Of a stretch of DNA of 64,000 nucleotides, positions 46,654-58,117 are shown piece after piece. Under the pieces are notes generated by a model that worked only from the letters and a program-made list of their open reading frames with translations, was not told the origin of the DNA and ran no database searches. Position 1 is the first letter of the stretch. Every line of letters begins with the position of its first letter. Source of the stretch: Pelomyxa schiedti (Eukaryota > Protista > Evosea). The DNA is taken from NCBI GenBank assembly GCA_020536535.1, contig JAHLWZ010000850.1:11186-75185 (forward strand). The letters run 5' to 3'. The position numbers and the translations under genes were made by a program.

Positions 46654-46907
46654 CAATAGGAAAAAAAAAGGGCACTGTTGTATGGTCAGTGTGGTATTTC
46701 GATCGAGGTATAAAGGGGTACATGCAGGACTCAATGAATAAGATTTAAAAACCCATCAAAAATGATCTGCACCAGGTGTTGCAGATGACTTTGCCAAAAA
46801 GGCAGTGACCGGTCAGACACCCCACCAAGTTGAGGGCCGCAGATGTTTTCCACTAAAGAGCAGAGGAAAACACAAAAAAAGCCCAGCGAAAAAAAAAAAC
46901 CCCAAGG

Positions 46908-48739
46908 ATGCAACAACCAACCCTCCTGAGCAGCGTTGACGTTGTGAACGCGCCGCCGTTCCTTTCCTGCGCGCACTGCCGCGGGCCCGTGTTCGAGGAC
47001 GGCGTGGTGCACCGCAGCTGCCGCCAGCTCATCTGCTCGGGGTGCTGGCCGTCCGCCGCCCTGCGCGACGTGCGGGCAATAATACCGGCGAGGTGGGGAG
47101 GCCGGAGGCCCGGAGAGCGCGAGGGAGGAGGCGGGGAAACCGCGGAGGCGGGGGCGGGTGCCCCCGGCGGCTCCTCAGCCACGGCGCTGCCCACCCCAAC
47201 CGCAGCCGCAGCCGCCGCGAGCCCCGCGTGCAACTGCGCCGTGGTTTGTCCAAAGTGCAACAAGCCCATCGGGATCGATGACGAAGACCCAGTGCCCATG
47301 TGCCTGCTTTCGGAGGTAGAGGAAAAAAAAATATTTTTTTTTTCTATTTGTTTGGTTGCGCTGCTGTTTCGACGTGTAACTTCTTATTTAATTTGATGTT
47401 ATTTTAATATTTATTTTGTGACATGGAAAAATAGATGGAGAAAGTGGAAGTGAAGTGCAAATGTTGCACGGAGGTTATGCTGCGGTCACAGTACCAGCAA
47501 CATTATGAAAGAGCGTGCTTGACAGGTTTCCTTAATGTGGGAAGTCCTGCTGGAAGCTAACCATCTAAGAATGTGAAAATCAATGTGGGGAACGCTTATG
47601 TAGAAGCAATCAAGAGGAACATAACCAAGGTTGCCCAAAACTCAAAGTACCCTGTCAGCACTGCAATTTACTTGTTGTGCGTGACTGCATGGAAGCCCAC
47701 CTGACAACAGACTGTTCTGGAACGCAAGTTAGCACCCTTGACTTCTTCTTGACCTGGAAAAGTAATTATCCCTTAGGTAGCGTGCCCTTGCGGTTGTCAA
47801 TGGGTCGGGAGAAGAAGCGAGCTCGGCGCCCACACTCAAAAATGCTCAGTTGACCAGATTTCCTTACTTCGAGATCAGGTTTCCTTACTTCGAGACCAGG
47901 TTTCCTTACATCAGCAAGAAATCAACACTCTCAAGGAGAAGGTTGAAGCTCTAGAAAGCCAAAAATTCAGAGGGCCGCAAGACTACTATGTGCCACTGAA
48001 CACCATGTATAATCAGGACAAACAACCCACAACGACGCCAGTTACACCCCCAGCCACAGCCACAGCCACAGCCACAGCCACAGCCGCGCCCCTATCTCTC
48101 AGTAGCAGTACCGTCCATAGTCTCATGCCCACCCCCACCGCCTCCTCATTCTCTCTCGCCTCATCTTCTTCATCATTGTCCCAATGCTCCTCGAAATCAT
48201 CCTTTTCTTCATCGTCCATAGCACCAGAGATAGTGCAGCTGTCCTGCCTGCGCCGAGACCTCGAAGCCGAAGCCACGCACCACTTCAGCTACGACGGCCG
48301 CACCATCTACATCTTCGCGGCGGACCCGGCCAAGCCCCTGGCGGACTACCGCTCGTTCGCGGCCGACAAGAAGCTGCGGTGGTGGAAGCCCCGCACGCAG
48401 CAGGAGGCGATCGACGTGATCCACAAGTGCCAGCAGCTGGCGCCGCGGGGCAAGGCCCACATCGACACGGCGTGGGTGGTCACGCGCGGCGTGGCCACGC
48501 AGCCCCGCGAGCGGCTGTACGGCGGCTTCTCGCTGGGCAACGCGGTCGGCGAGGCGTCGGAGCGGCTGCCCAACGCCGGCGCGTGCGACGGCAACGGGTT
48601 CACCGCGGTCAGGATGCCCAAGATCAGCTGGTGCAACCCTGAGTACTACGGGTTCACCAGGTGCTGGGACGAGAGGAACACGTATGACTGGCTTGTCACT
48701 GAAGAAGACCCTGCTTTCTGGTCTGCGCCGAGTGAGTGA
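46908..48739 (+). CDS. RING-like + TRAF-type zinc-finger protein with coiled coil and an unknown GC-rich C-terminal domain
   Basis: CAHC...HRSCRQLICSGC...CPKC; VKCKCCTE...QHYERAC; CENQCG...EHNQGCPKLKVPCQHC; VACPCGCQWVGRRSELGAHTQKC; heptads; Ser/Thr/Ala linker; final ~160 aa domain with no MATH signature. Confidence 0.8.
47852..47909 (+). repeat. 21-bp tandem repeat (~2.8 copies) encoding coiled-coil heptads
   Basis: gaccagatttccttacttcga / gatcaggtttccttacttcga / gaccaggtttccttac = DQISLLR DQVSLLR DQVSL. Confidence 0.9.
48053..48082 (+). repeat. (GCCACA)5 microsatellite encoding (Ala-Thr)5
   Basis: Five perfect GCCACA units in frame in the linker. Confidence 0.9.
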
Positions 48740-49127
48740 GTGAGCGTGGCTGGGATTTAAACTTATAATGCGTACCTGTAATAACAACAACAAATGAAGA
48801 GACAATTGAGGAAACAACAAACTTTGTTTTTGTGGCCCCCTTCCTTGTCCTTTTGGTGGCCACTGGACTACCCTTTTTTCATAAACCCAAAAGCAAACTC
48901 CGAGCCAAGTTGGCCAAATTCTGCGATCAATTTGGAAGGTTGTTTTCGGCTGAAAAGCGACAAACGCGAAAAAAGAAAAAATCTTCGTCGCGCACCACCC
49001 AGGAGAGCGGTTTGTGGAGATCTAGCGAGGTTGTGAGATCTATACTTTTCTACGAGGGGCTGTGCTTCTATCAAGGCCTGCTTCGTTTCTCCGGATTTCG
49101 AGACTTTTTTTTGGTTGTTTGACTGCG

Positions 49128-52100
49128 ATGGCACACGTTGCATCGGGGACGACAAAGCTCATTGGCAGATACACTGTTGTGAAGGTCCTCGCTGAAAGCC
49201 AATTTGTTGTCGTTTACGAAATTTTGAACCCTGAGGACCCAACGGGGCCACACAGAGCCCTTAAGGTCATCGACACTTCAAGAAGCACTCCTGAGCAAAA
49301 ACAGGTTGGTGGCACTTTTCTGTTTCGTTTGGTCATCCACGTGGCAGCGCATTCTTCAAGAGGCAGTACTACAAGAGTCTATTTCCCACGAAAATGTGAT
49401 ACAATTGTATAGTCACACTGTGAGTGAAACTTAACTACTGCCATTCCTTTCTTATTGCTTCTATCCCAAAAAAAAAATTTTGAACCCAGTGGGTTGCTGA
49501 TTCCTTGTATCTCGAGATGGAACTTGGAGGGGAAACCCTAAGAAACAAGATTAGGGATACTCCACTTTCTGAGACACAAGCCAAGTTTTTCATAAACAAC
49601 CTTGGTAATGTTTCTTTTCCTGTGTTCCAACGAAAATAACACTACAAGCCAGTGCAATATGTGAGCTTTCAAGAAGAAGTATGTACACATTAATTGTATG
49701 CCTTGAATCCTCTTACTGATATAGATATTGTGCACAGAGATCTGAAGCCAGAGAATGTTCTTTCTCTTATTATTCTTCTATATTTGTTAACTTTTTCTAG
49801 ATAGTGATTATTGGAAATATTGCTAAACGTAAAAAAATGATAATTCAATTAGTTTCCTAATGTTTCTTTTCTTTCTATTTCTCCTCCTTAGTATGTGATT
49901 TGGTAAGGACAGTTTACCCTCCATTTTCCCTTTTTCTTCATCTAATACATAAAACAAGGGTTTCACATCGTTCTATGAAGCACAAGGTTTGCTCGCTTCC
50001 AAGTCATATTTTTATTCAAATGGCTAGGGAGAACTCTTTATATGGCACCTGAGATAATTAGAAAGGAACCTCATAATACAAAAAGTGTTTTATGGAGCTT
50101 AGGTGTCATCTTTGCGGAGGTTTGAGCTCCAGATCTTTTTATGTTTTATTAATTGTACTAAAAAGATTGTTGGAGTCAGAGCACTCGATCTTGAACAATT
50201 CTCTCAGGATGAAACTGATGTTATCTTTAATAACAGCAGATTCTCCCTTGAGTTTAATTCTGTTATTCAACGCCTTCTGAAAAAGTATGCTACTTACTTA
50301 TTTTGTTAGCTGTTGGAAGTCACCTTTCCATACAGAAACCCGAAAGACCGCATGAGTCCTGAGGAACTCTTGAACCATCCTTTCGTTCGGCTCCCTAAAG
50401 TCACAATAACTTCTCCTCCATCTTGCACATCTGGAACTTGGTTGTTGCCTTATGTGATACAGCATGTTGTGAACCCGGGGAACCTCCAAGGAGTGAGTAC
50501 TGTAGGCACAGTTGTCATGGTATCTTCCATATTATTGTGTTTCGGTTCTTCTTACTTAATCAGAGATATCTCCCAAATTCCCCGATGGAATACACAATCT
50601 TAGTAGGGCGACATAAAGTTACTACCGAGACACCAATAACTGATGTCCTGTTTCAGGATGTATGAGCATTTAAAGTTAGCTGTTTGTGGAGTCATTACTA
50701 ATAAGATCGTATCTGACGGATTTGTATGCATTCACAACAACCTTTCTCCTGATGCTTCAGTACCTCTCAGAGAGGAGGAAGTTCCTGTAATTGATGTAGG
50801 CTTCACTTGCCTGTCAATACACCTGATATTAATTAATATCAGATTTCAGCTGTTCGTAAATTTGACCAGATGCTAAAACAACTGCGTCTCCTTCAGTACG
50901 TGCTTAATACCGTAGAAAATTTCCTTGCAGCAGCAAGGTAGGTCAGTTGATACGAAAATAGTCCATGAAACCAAACTACAGCAATATAAATACCATGGAA
51001 TTGGTTAATGAGTGGAAGATTACAAAAGAGCACATACAGCGCCAAATGCCACTTCTGCGTGAAAGGCTTGCAGTGGTACACTACTAATACCCTTTTTTTT
51101 TGGTTTTGAAAACCTCAGTGTAACCAAATGGTGCTCTCTGCTGCGCTGTCAGCCAGTGAAAATCTGTCTCTTTCAGATTTCGTTGCATCCATTATTGTCC
51201 CGGACTCAACTGCATGTTACCAACAAGGTATGACAATACAAAAGTTTTCGCTTAACCTGTTACAAAGATAACTGGCTCAATACAGTCGATGCAATTTCAA
51301 AGAGGTGTTATGTAACTCTTTGTTTTTTTTTTCTTAAAAAAAAAACCTAGAATACCGGAGCACGAACTTGCCTTCTCACAGATGTTCGATCTCTATAGGA
51401 TGGCAGCTGAGCAAGCTACAGGTCCATATCCTTCTCATTGATATTTAGATATAATTGAAGCACTTTTGTTTAGCCACCCCCGATACGAATGCGGGTCTTA
51501 GTGTACAACTATGCTACCATACTTGTGTAACTACTGATCCACCCACACTCAAATTAACTATCTGAGTAGATCACTTTCTGGTCCACCTTTTCGATTGTAG
51601 CAACAATGATAAACTGTCCTGAATCCTTCTCATCTCGACTTATCGCAGGCATTTCTCCTCCTTTGCTTTGTGAGCCTCAACTCTGACTCACTTAAGCAAG
51701 AGACGAACAAAAAAAGTTGTGCAACATCATCGATGCCCAATTTAACAGTGTTGTAGCTGTAATGAATGCTGTTAACAAGTTCTCTCCTTCTCCACATTTC
51801 CCAGTTTAACACCTTTATCCCTTTATCCCACTAGTTGCACCCCAAGAAACCTTGCGGAGAAGACAGCTAGTACTCAAAGCGGGGCCCAAAACGCTTTGCA
51901 AGAGTAAACGCTCCTAATAATCTTGTTTCCTTGACTAACTCTACAAGGAACGTTACGAAGATCTTTGGAATGCAGCTCACATTTAAAGCCCAACCCAGTG
52001 CGGACACCCTGGCCCGGTATTTGGAAAGTTGTTTTACCCCTCCAGCTGTTTGTATGTACTGCCAGTACATCTCCTTTACCCCAACGAAAATCCTCTCTGT

Positions 52101-52284
52101 AGGTTCTAGAGAACCACCAGCAGCACCTTGCCCAAGATGTATTGAATTGCACAAACAGAACAAATTACTTTCAGGGCTAATACGGCAGAGCTACTCCACC
52201 GACGTAACTCCTTTTTTCAGAGGACTCCAGGATGTTTGTGCTCAGGAAGCACTTCGCCTCTCTGGTTCTCTTTCGCGAACATGA
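49128..52284 (+). CDS. Protein kinase with degenerate Gly-loop and a long C-terminal extension
   Basis: RYTVVKVLAESQFVVVY, RALKVI, IVHRDLKPEN, KLCDL|G, GTLLYMAPEI and HPFV. Plus-strand exons continue to ...CMYC...CPRC...LSRT* (52284); continuity of the 3' exons is less certain. Confidence 0.72.
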
Positions 52285-52439
52285 TTATTAGCACATGTTC
52301 GACAGTTTCCTCACAAAACCGAAAAATCAACTACTGAGAAATAAGCCAGAAAACACATGAATTTTTTTTTCTCGCCTTTTGGCTTTTAAACGGTTGTTTT
52401 GCCAGACCAACAAAAAAAATAAAAACCAAATACAATACA

Positions 52440-53287
52440 ATGGCCACAGCCACAGCCAACACTGACGCCCTCCTTAGCGAGCACACTCCAGTCCTTGTGA
52501 TTCGCTCGGTGAGAATAATTACTACAAGTAAAACCAATTGGCTCTTTCCTAACCTTTGGAGTTAGATTTTCAACAAATACGATACCGACCACAACAACGT
52601 CTTGGACCCGTTGGAGCTCCGAGTAAGTTTTTTTTCCTCTCCCTTTTATTATCAGTTTAAACTGCCGTTGTGGTGCTTATCACTGCTATGCAGAAATTAT
52701 TCTATGACCTTGGGTTCCTGTTGAACCCTACGGAGCTCGCTCACGTAGTTGAGGCGGTAGACAAGAATCACAACCACGTAATTGAGTTTGATGAGCTGGC
52801 TGCCTGGTGGCACCGTGCTGACAAGTACAAGGCCATTCCAGCCGACGTTCTTCGTGCCCGGAAGCAGGCTGCAAGTAAGTTCCTGTGTATCTGTGCTGTA
52901 TAAATTAGAAATTAATGTATGGTAGCGGGAATACCCTCACTTCGTTAATTGCCCTGCCGGCATATTATATCTCCTAAATTATTTATGTTTAACACAGTAC
53001 CGAATCAGAAACTCACCTTTACCTCCCTCAATTTGAATTTAGCATACTTTGCCAAATACGACACCAATCAGAACGGCGTTCTGGAATTGGCAGAGTTCAG
53101 GAAAGTCTGGGCTGACCTCCTTGCAGCGTCTGCTGTGAGTGAGACGGTCGAAGAGGCCATCCACAAACTGGACAAGAACAACGACGGCATGATTCAGTTC
53201 ACAGAGGTTTGTAACTTGTTTGGCTTATTCCCTTCTCACAATTCCCCACAGTTCGTTGAGCTCACCAAGAACCGCTTCCAGCTTTAA
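52440..53287 (+). CDS. Calmodulin-like protein with four EF-hands
   Basis: Loops DTDHNNVLDPLE, DKNHNHVIEFDE, DTNQNGVLELAE and DKNNDGMIQFTE. Confidence 0.92.
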
Positions 53288-53495
53288 TCCGGTTATTTAA
53301 CTATTAGCCCTTAAAAAGTTGAAAAAAAAAAGAAATGCAACAGAAGAGTGTTTTCTTTCTGCGTGGGCACCCTCGTAACGAGGTTTTTATGGGGTTTCCA
53401 TTTTTCCTCTTCCCTTTTTTACAGGAAATTTTGCCCCATAATAACTCTCCAGCATACCGGGAATAAAATCGAACCGGGTGCCTTGAACGTTTTTC

Positions 53496-53655
53496 ATACT
53501 TACCTGGTACTCACGGACACTGATCAACAAGGGTGCCTCGTGTGGTTCCGTCCCGGTCTTTGCACTCTGGTCTGGGATGAGCTTTGGGATTCTCGAAAGG
53601 GAATCCCTAGTACACAATTTTTGTTTAGCCGGAGTTTGCGTTTAGGCGCAACTCC
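53496..53655 (+). ncRNA. U1: U1 spliceosomal snRNA
   Basis: 5' AUACUUACCUGG; SL1 loop UGAUCAACAAG (U1-70K site, human GAUCACGAAG); SL2 loop UUUGCACUC (U1A site); SL3 GGGAUUC/GAAUCCC; Sm site AAUUUUUG at 53616-53623; 3' SL4 GGAGUUUGCG/CGCAACUCC; total 160 nt. Confidence 0.95.
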
Positions 53656-53759
53656 TCCAATAAATAGAAAAAAAGACCTCGAAAAAATTTGGGCAGTGGG
53701 TTTGAGTTCCAGGGTAATTGATTGTCAGAAAGAGCACTTCTAATGATGGAGAATTTTTA

Positions 53760-56120
53760 TTAGCTTTTGTCTGGGGGTGGAGGGATGTATATTGTGGCAC
53801 TGTTCTGGTCAGCTTCTGGGTGGTGAGGGGTCTTAGAAACCACAACTTTGACTTTGGCTGCCGCAGCAGGAACCGTGGATAGCACAGCCGGGCCACCAAC
53901 ACACCCTCCCTCACAGGCCATCACCTCCACAATGCTTCCCGGCGGGTGTTTTCTAGCGTAGGCCTTCAGCTGCTTCACGCTCTCCACGTTCAATCCATTG
54001 ATCAGTGTTAGTGTTGGAACTGTTGTGCCAGACGTAGATGTAGCTGTGAAGAATGACTTGACAGCGCCAGATACACCACCAGTGACTGCAAAACCTCGCC
54101 CCTCTCTCTTTCCGACTTCGAATCCCTCAAGGGGGGCAAACGTGGTGAGCTGCGGGTTTTCGTTAGTAATCAAGGGGGGAAAGACAGGGGTAGATACATC
54201 AAGACCACGGCCGTGAATCATTGCAAACAGCTCCATGAAAGAAAGAGCAAAATCGGTAGCAGGATCACGTAGAGCCTCTGCTCGTTTCGCAACGCACGGA
54301 CCTGGGCAAGTTACACCAGGCAGTAACTTCAAAAAATGTACCAATAAAGACTGGGGTGCATCCAGGGTACTTCTCTCTTGCCAAAAGACCTGTGTAATGT
54401 AATGGTGATCGAGTAGTTGACATAGCATCCTCCAAGTCAGGGATGTGTTTTTTCACACAGTTGACATATCTTTTCAGTCATACAGTTAATGAAAAGGACA
54501 GCAACTGTATACACACGCTGGGCAACAAGATGTTGTCATAAAATCTGGTTTCCCCTTGGAAGTTCGGAGACTCCTCACGTGTGCCAATTCCGTAGCTTCC
54601 ATTTGAGCAACCAGGTCAGCACCAACTGACACCTACATCTTGTTAATACAACCCGTTGTCAATGCAGAAAATACATCAAGAGCGGCATGAAATCCCAAGC
54701 CCTTCACCAACCCAGCAGCCAATACAGCAACGTCCACTTTACAGTGTCCAACAATTGCAGGAGCCAAAAGAGCAACTACTTTTTTAGTCGGGTCAGCAAG
54801 TGCCTTAAGAACATCAATCAATTGGCTCTTAGGCATGACAGCTCCGAAAGGGCATGAACGTTGGCAATTGCCGCAGAAAATGCACTTATTGAAGTCAAAT
54901 CTTCCAAGTGTCAGTGAGAAACTTAGCTAGGTGTGGAAGTACTTTTTATGCCCGTCATCTAGTGCGGTAATAGCACCAACAGGACATGTTGCCAGGCAGG
55001 GAATAGGGATGTTAACAATGGCATGATAAGGGCACGACTTCTGGCAAATTCCACCTGCACGACGAGTAAGGTAAATCATATAAATTCTCTGGACATTTAA
55101 TGCACAAAGAGGGGTTAATGCGAGCTCTTCCAAGTTCGTGGTCTATTGCTGCTTTTGGACAATTAGAGGCACATGGCCTTGCTATGCATGACTGTTACGT
55201 AAAGGGCATGAGGAAAAGATAGCTGCAGTAGGAAATCACCTGGCAAGCATCAGTAACAAAGTAGCGCTGGCGTGAGCACTTGTGACATGCCTACGTGAGA
55301 ACAAAAAGGTAAGACTACAGGGTAAAAAAATGAAACTTGATCAACCTCCTGAATTACAGTAAGAACTGGTTCCACAACCTGGTCTGTGGTACGTGCAAGA
55401 GCACGAGTTGCATAGCTGGCAAGTCGTGTTAGCTCATCGGTTTCGTCCTCTATGGCAAATCCAAGGGAAGCAATGATGCGGTATCGGATCATGGCACGGT
55501 CACGGTAGATACAACAGCCTGAAAATGGAAGATTACTTCCAAAGAGTAAAACCTGTTAACACACGGGAAGCATGCTCCGAGTCCTTGGGACGCATCGAAA
55601 TGGGCAGGCGATCAATTTCATCCACCAGAGTTCCGGCAAAGAACATCCTCGATATCTCCTCTTTTTTTTGGAGCATTATGAAGAGTATCACACAAGGACA
55701 TAGTATAGTATTCAATTAGTTCAGTATACTCCACACCTCCATCACACAAGGAACACACCCAAAATGTGAGTTTCAATGTAATTGACCTCATTGTCGAATT
55801 TGTAGTGGTCCTTTGGCTCCACCCTCGGCCTCGCCTGCACAGGTTGCGCCATAGCCGAAGAGGTATTAATGGGAGTGGCAGGGACCGTGGCAGCAGGTGT
55901 GCAAGTGACGCCCACCGTAGCCGTTGCTGCGCTGGTACTTGGTTGCGTCGCGGGAGTGGCCGCCACTGCTGTAGTACTGCTAGTGGATGTCGTTGCTGAT
56001 ACGATATGTTAAAAAAAAAAAGCCGGAAAAGCGAGAGGGAAAAAGCGACAACAACTCGAAGAGCACAGCGCGACTGAGATCTTGCATATTTGTTTTGTTT
56101 GGTTTATAACACTCACCCAT
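53760..56120 (-). CDS. [FeFe]-hydrogenase, group B-like monomer with several N-terminal ferredoxin-type clusters
   Basis: H-cluster motifs TSCCP, FIG|PCVAKRAE and EVMACEGGCVGGP; Cys clusters ACHKC, CIARPCASNCP, CQKSCP, PCLATCP and CIFCGNCQRSCP. Start ATG G|CA at 56120 followed by a GT-AG intron gives MATTSTSS... Confidence 0.93.
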
Positions 56121-56294
56121 TCGATGTTGGTCCAACGCCTGGGATTTTTTAATTAATTTGATTCGAGTGCCAGCGGGCGACGAAAAGTTTTTCGTGAATA
56201 TGGTTCTGATTTTTTTCCAGGGGATGAGTAAGAGGGTGTGGTGTAACAAACAGTGGAGGCTTTTGTTTGGGTTTTTTGTGCAAAGTGTTGGGTG

Positions 56295-57877
56295 ATGAGG
56301 TTGGTTGGTAACTATTTGTTTACTTCTGAGGCTGTGACTGAGGGTCACCCTGATAAGGTTGTGGAACTTTTGTTTGTGTGTGGGGTGCAAAGCTTAACAT
56401 GCACCTAGGTTTGTGACCTTATCAGTGACAGTATTTTGGATGCAATATACTCGAAGGATCCTCATGCTAGAGTTTCTTGTGAGTGTGTGGCTGGAATGGG
56501 TTTCGTACTGATTACTGGAGAGATTACAACGTCGGCTATTGTGGATTATCAAAAGATAGGTTTGTGGTTTTACGGAAGTCATACAACCTAACTCGGGATG
56601 CAAGCGCGTGGTGTTTTGAAAGATGTTGGATATACCAAGGCACAGTACGGATTTGAGCACGAAAGTGTAGGGGTGCTGATCTCAATACACGAGCAAAGCC
56701 CGGACATTGCATTGGGTTACTGATGTTTCACCCTTTATAAAAATCTGAAGCAAAGTAGGTGTTGCTAGTGATGAAAACATGGGAGCTGGAGATCAAGGTA
56801 TGATGTCAGGCTACGCTACAAATGAAACTCCGGAAATGATGCCAATGCCTATACTACTTGCACATCGATTAGCAGAGAGACTGGCAGAAGTAATGCTAAA
56901 GAAGCTGCAAGCATGTGGTGTAATTCTCTATACTTTTTTTAGGTCCGAAAGGATGGAACGATTCAGTATTTGAGACCTGATGGCAAAGCACAAGTAACAG
57001 TGGAATATGTGAACAACATACCCCAAAGACTCGATGCAGTTGTGATTGCTGCCCAACACGACCCGGAGGCAACTCTTCCCCAGGTTCAAGAATGCAGATA
57101 TTCAATAATAACTTTCTGGTGCAGATTAAAGCAGACATCAAGAAATACGTAATAGAGCCTGTATGCGGTAAATACCTGGATGAGAACACCAAATTCTTTA
57201 TCAACAATACTGGAAGATTTGTAATTGGAGGTCCCGTTGCAGATAGTGGTTGTACAGGACGAAAGATAATTTCAGATACATACGGAGGTGAAATACCAGT
57301 TTCTAAATAACTATGTTGAAAGAGACGCCTAGGTGTAGGGAATCATGGAGGCGGAGCTTTTTCTGGAAAGGACCCATCAAAAGTGGATCGAAGTTCTGCA
57401 TATTTTGCTCGATATATAGCAAAGGTACATAGGCTAGATCAGTTGTCAATTTGATTATTCTGATGTTGACAGAATATTGTGGCAGCTGGGTTGGCAGATA
57501 GAGTGGAAGTACAACTTGCTTATGTGATTGGGTGTTCGAATGCCATAAGTTTCTTCTTGGATACCTATGGTACACATAAAATCGAACCCATGAAAGTATG
57601 GTCCCTCTCAAGCAGAAAATGAAAGAAGATATTAAATGAAACTCAAAAAAAAACAACCAAACACCAGATTGTGGAACTTGTGAGGAAGCACTTTGACTTT
57701 AGACTAAGTTCAATTGTGCGTCTGCTTGACCTGAGGCGTCCAATATACAAGCTGACAACGAATTATGGGCATTTTGGCCGCCCCCTTCCTGAATTCACAT
57801 GGGAGTTGACTGACGTTGCACCCAAGTTGGCCCGCGACGCTGCCGAGATGCAAACCCAGTCCACGGGCAGTGAATAA
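56295..57877 (+). CDS. metK: S-adenosylmethionine synthetase (bacterial MetK-like)
   Basis: [15 protein letters not shown]|[54 protein letters not shown] and YGHFGR. Alternative start at 56224. Confidence 0.96.
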
Positions 57878-58117
57878 CCATCCCTCCACCTCAACTTATT
57901 CTAAAGAAAAATAAGTAAACCTCGCGAGAAGTTGCAATTGAATATTTCCCGTGAGAAAAAAAAATTCATACAAAGTATAAACATAGCACACTGTAGTAGC
58001 ATTTGATGACCTCGGATTGCGGAAATATAGCCTGTATCTATTTGTTTTGGTAAAAGTTAGAAGGATATCTCCCAGTCAAGAATAAAGAGTGTTTCAGTGA
58101 AAGCACGTGCCCATCCC

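Noticed and set aside
48209-48820. 203-aa minus-strand ORF, and likewise 62283-62918 (+, other frame), 14882-15445 (+) and 60345-60798 (+)
   Set aside because: Shadow or alternative-frame ORFs typical of GC-rich exons, with no motifs.
51867-52163. Protein-like minus-strand ORF near the end of the second kinase
   Set aside because: Splice signals throughout 50600-52300 are oriented on the plus strand, and the plus-strand ORF 51931-52284 gives the terminal exon.
34979-57877. Bacterial contamination or endosymbiont origin of the AOR, MMAB, hydrogenase and MetK genes
   Set aside because: Each is interrupted by canonical spliceosomal introns and interleaved with unambiguous eukaryotic genes (importin-5, WIPI, U1 snRNA).
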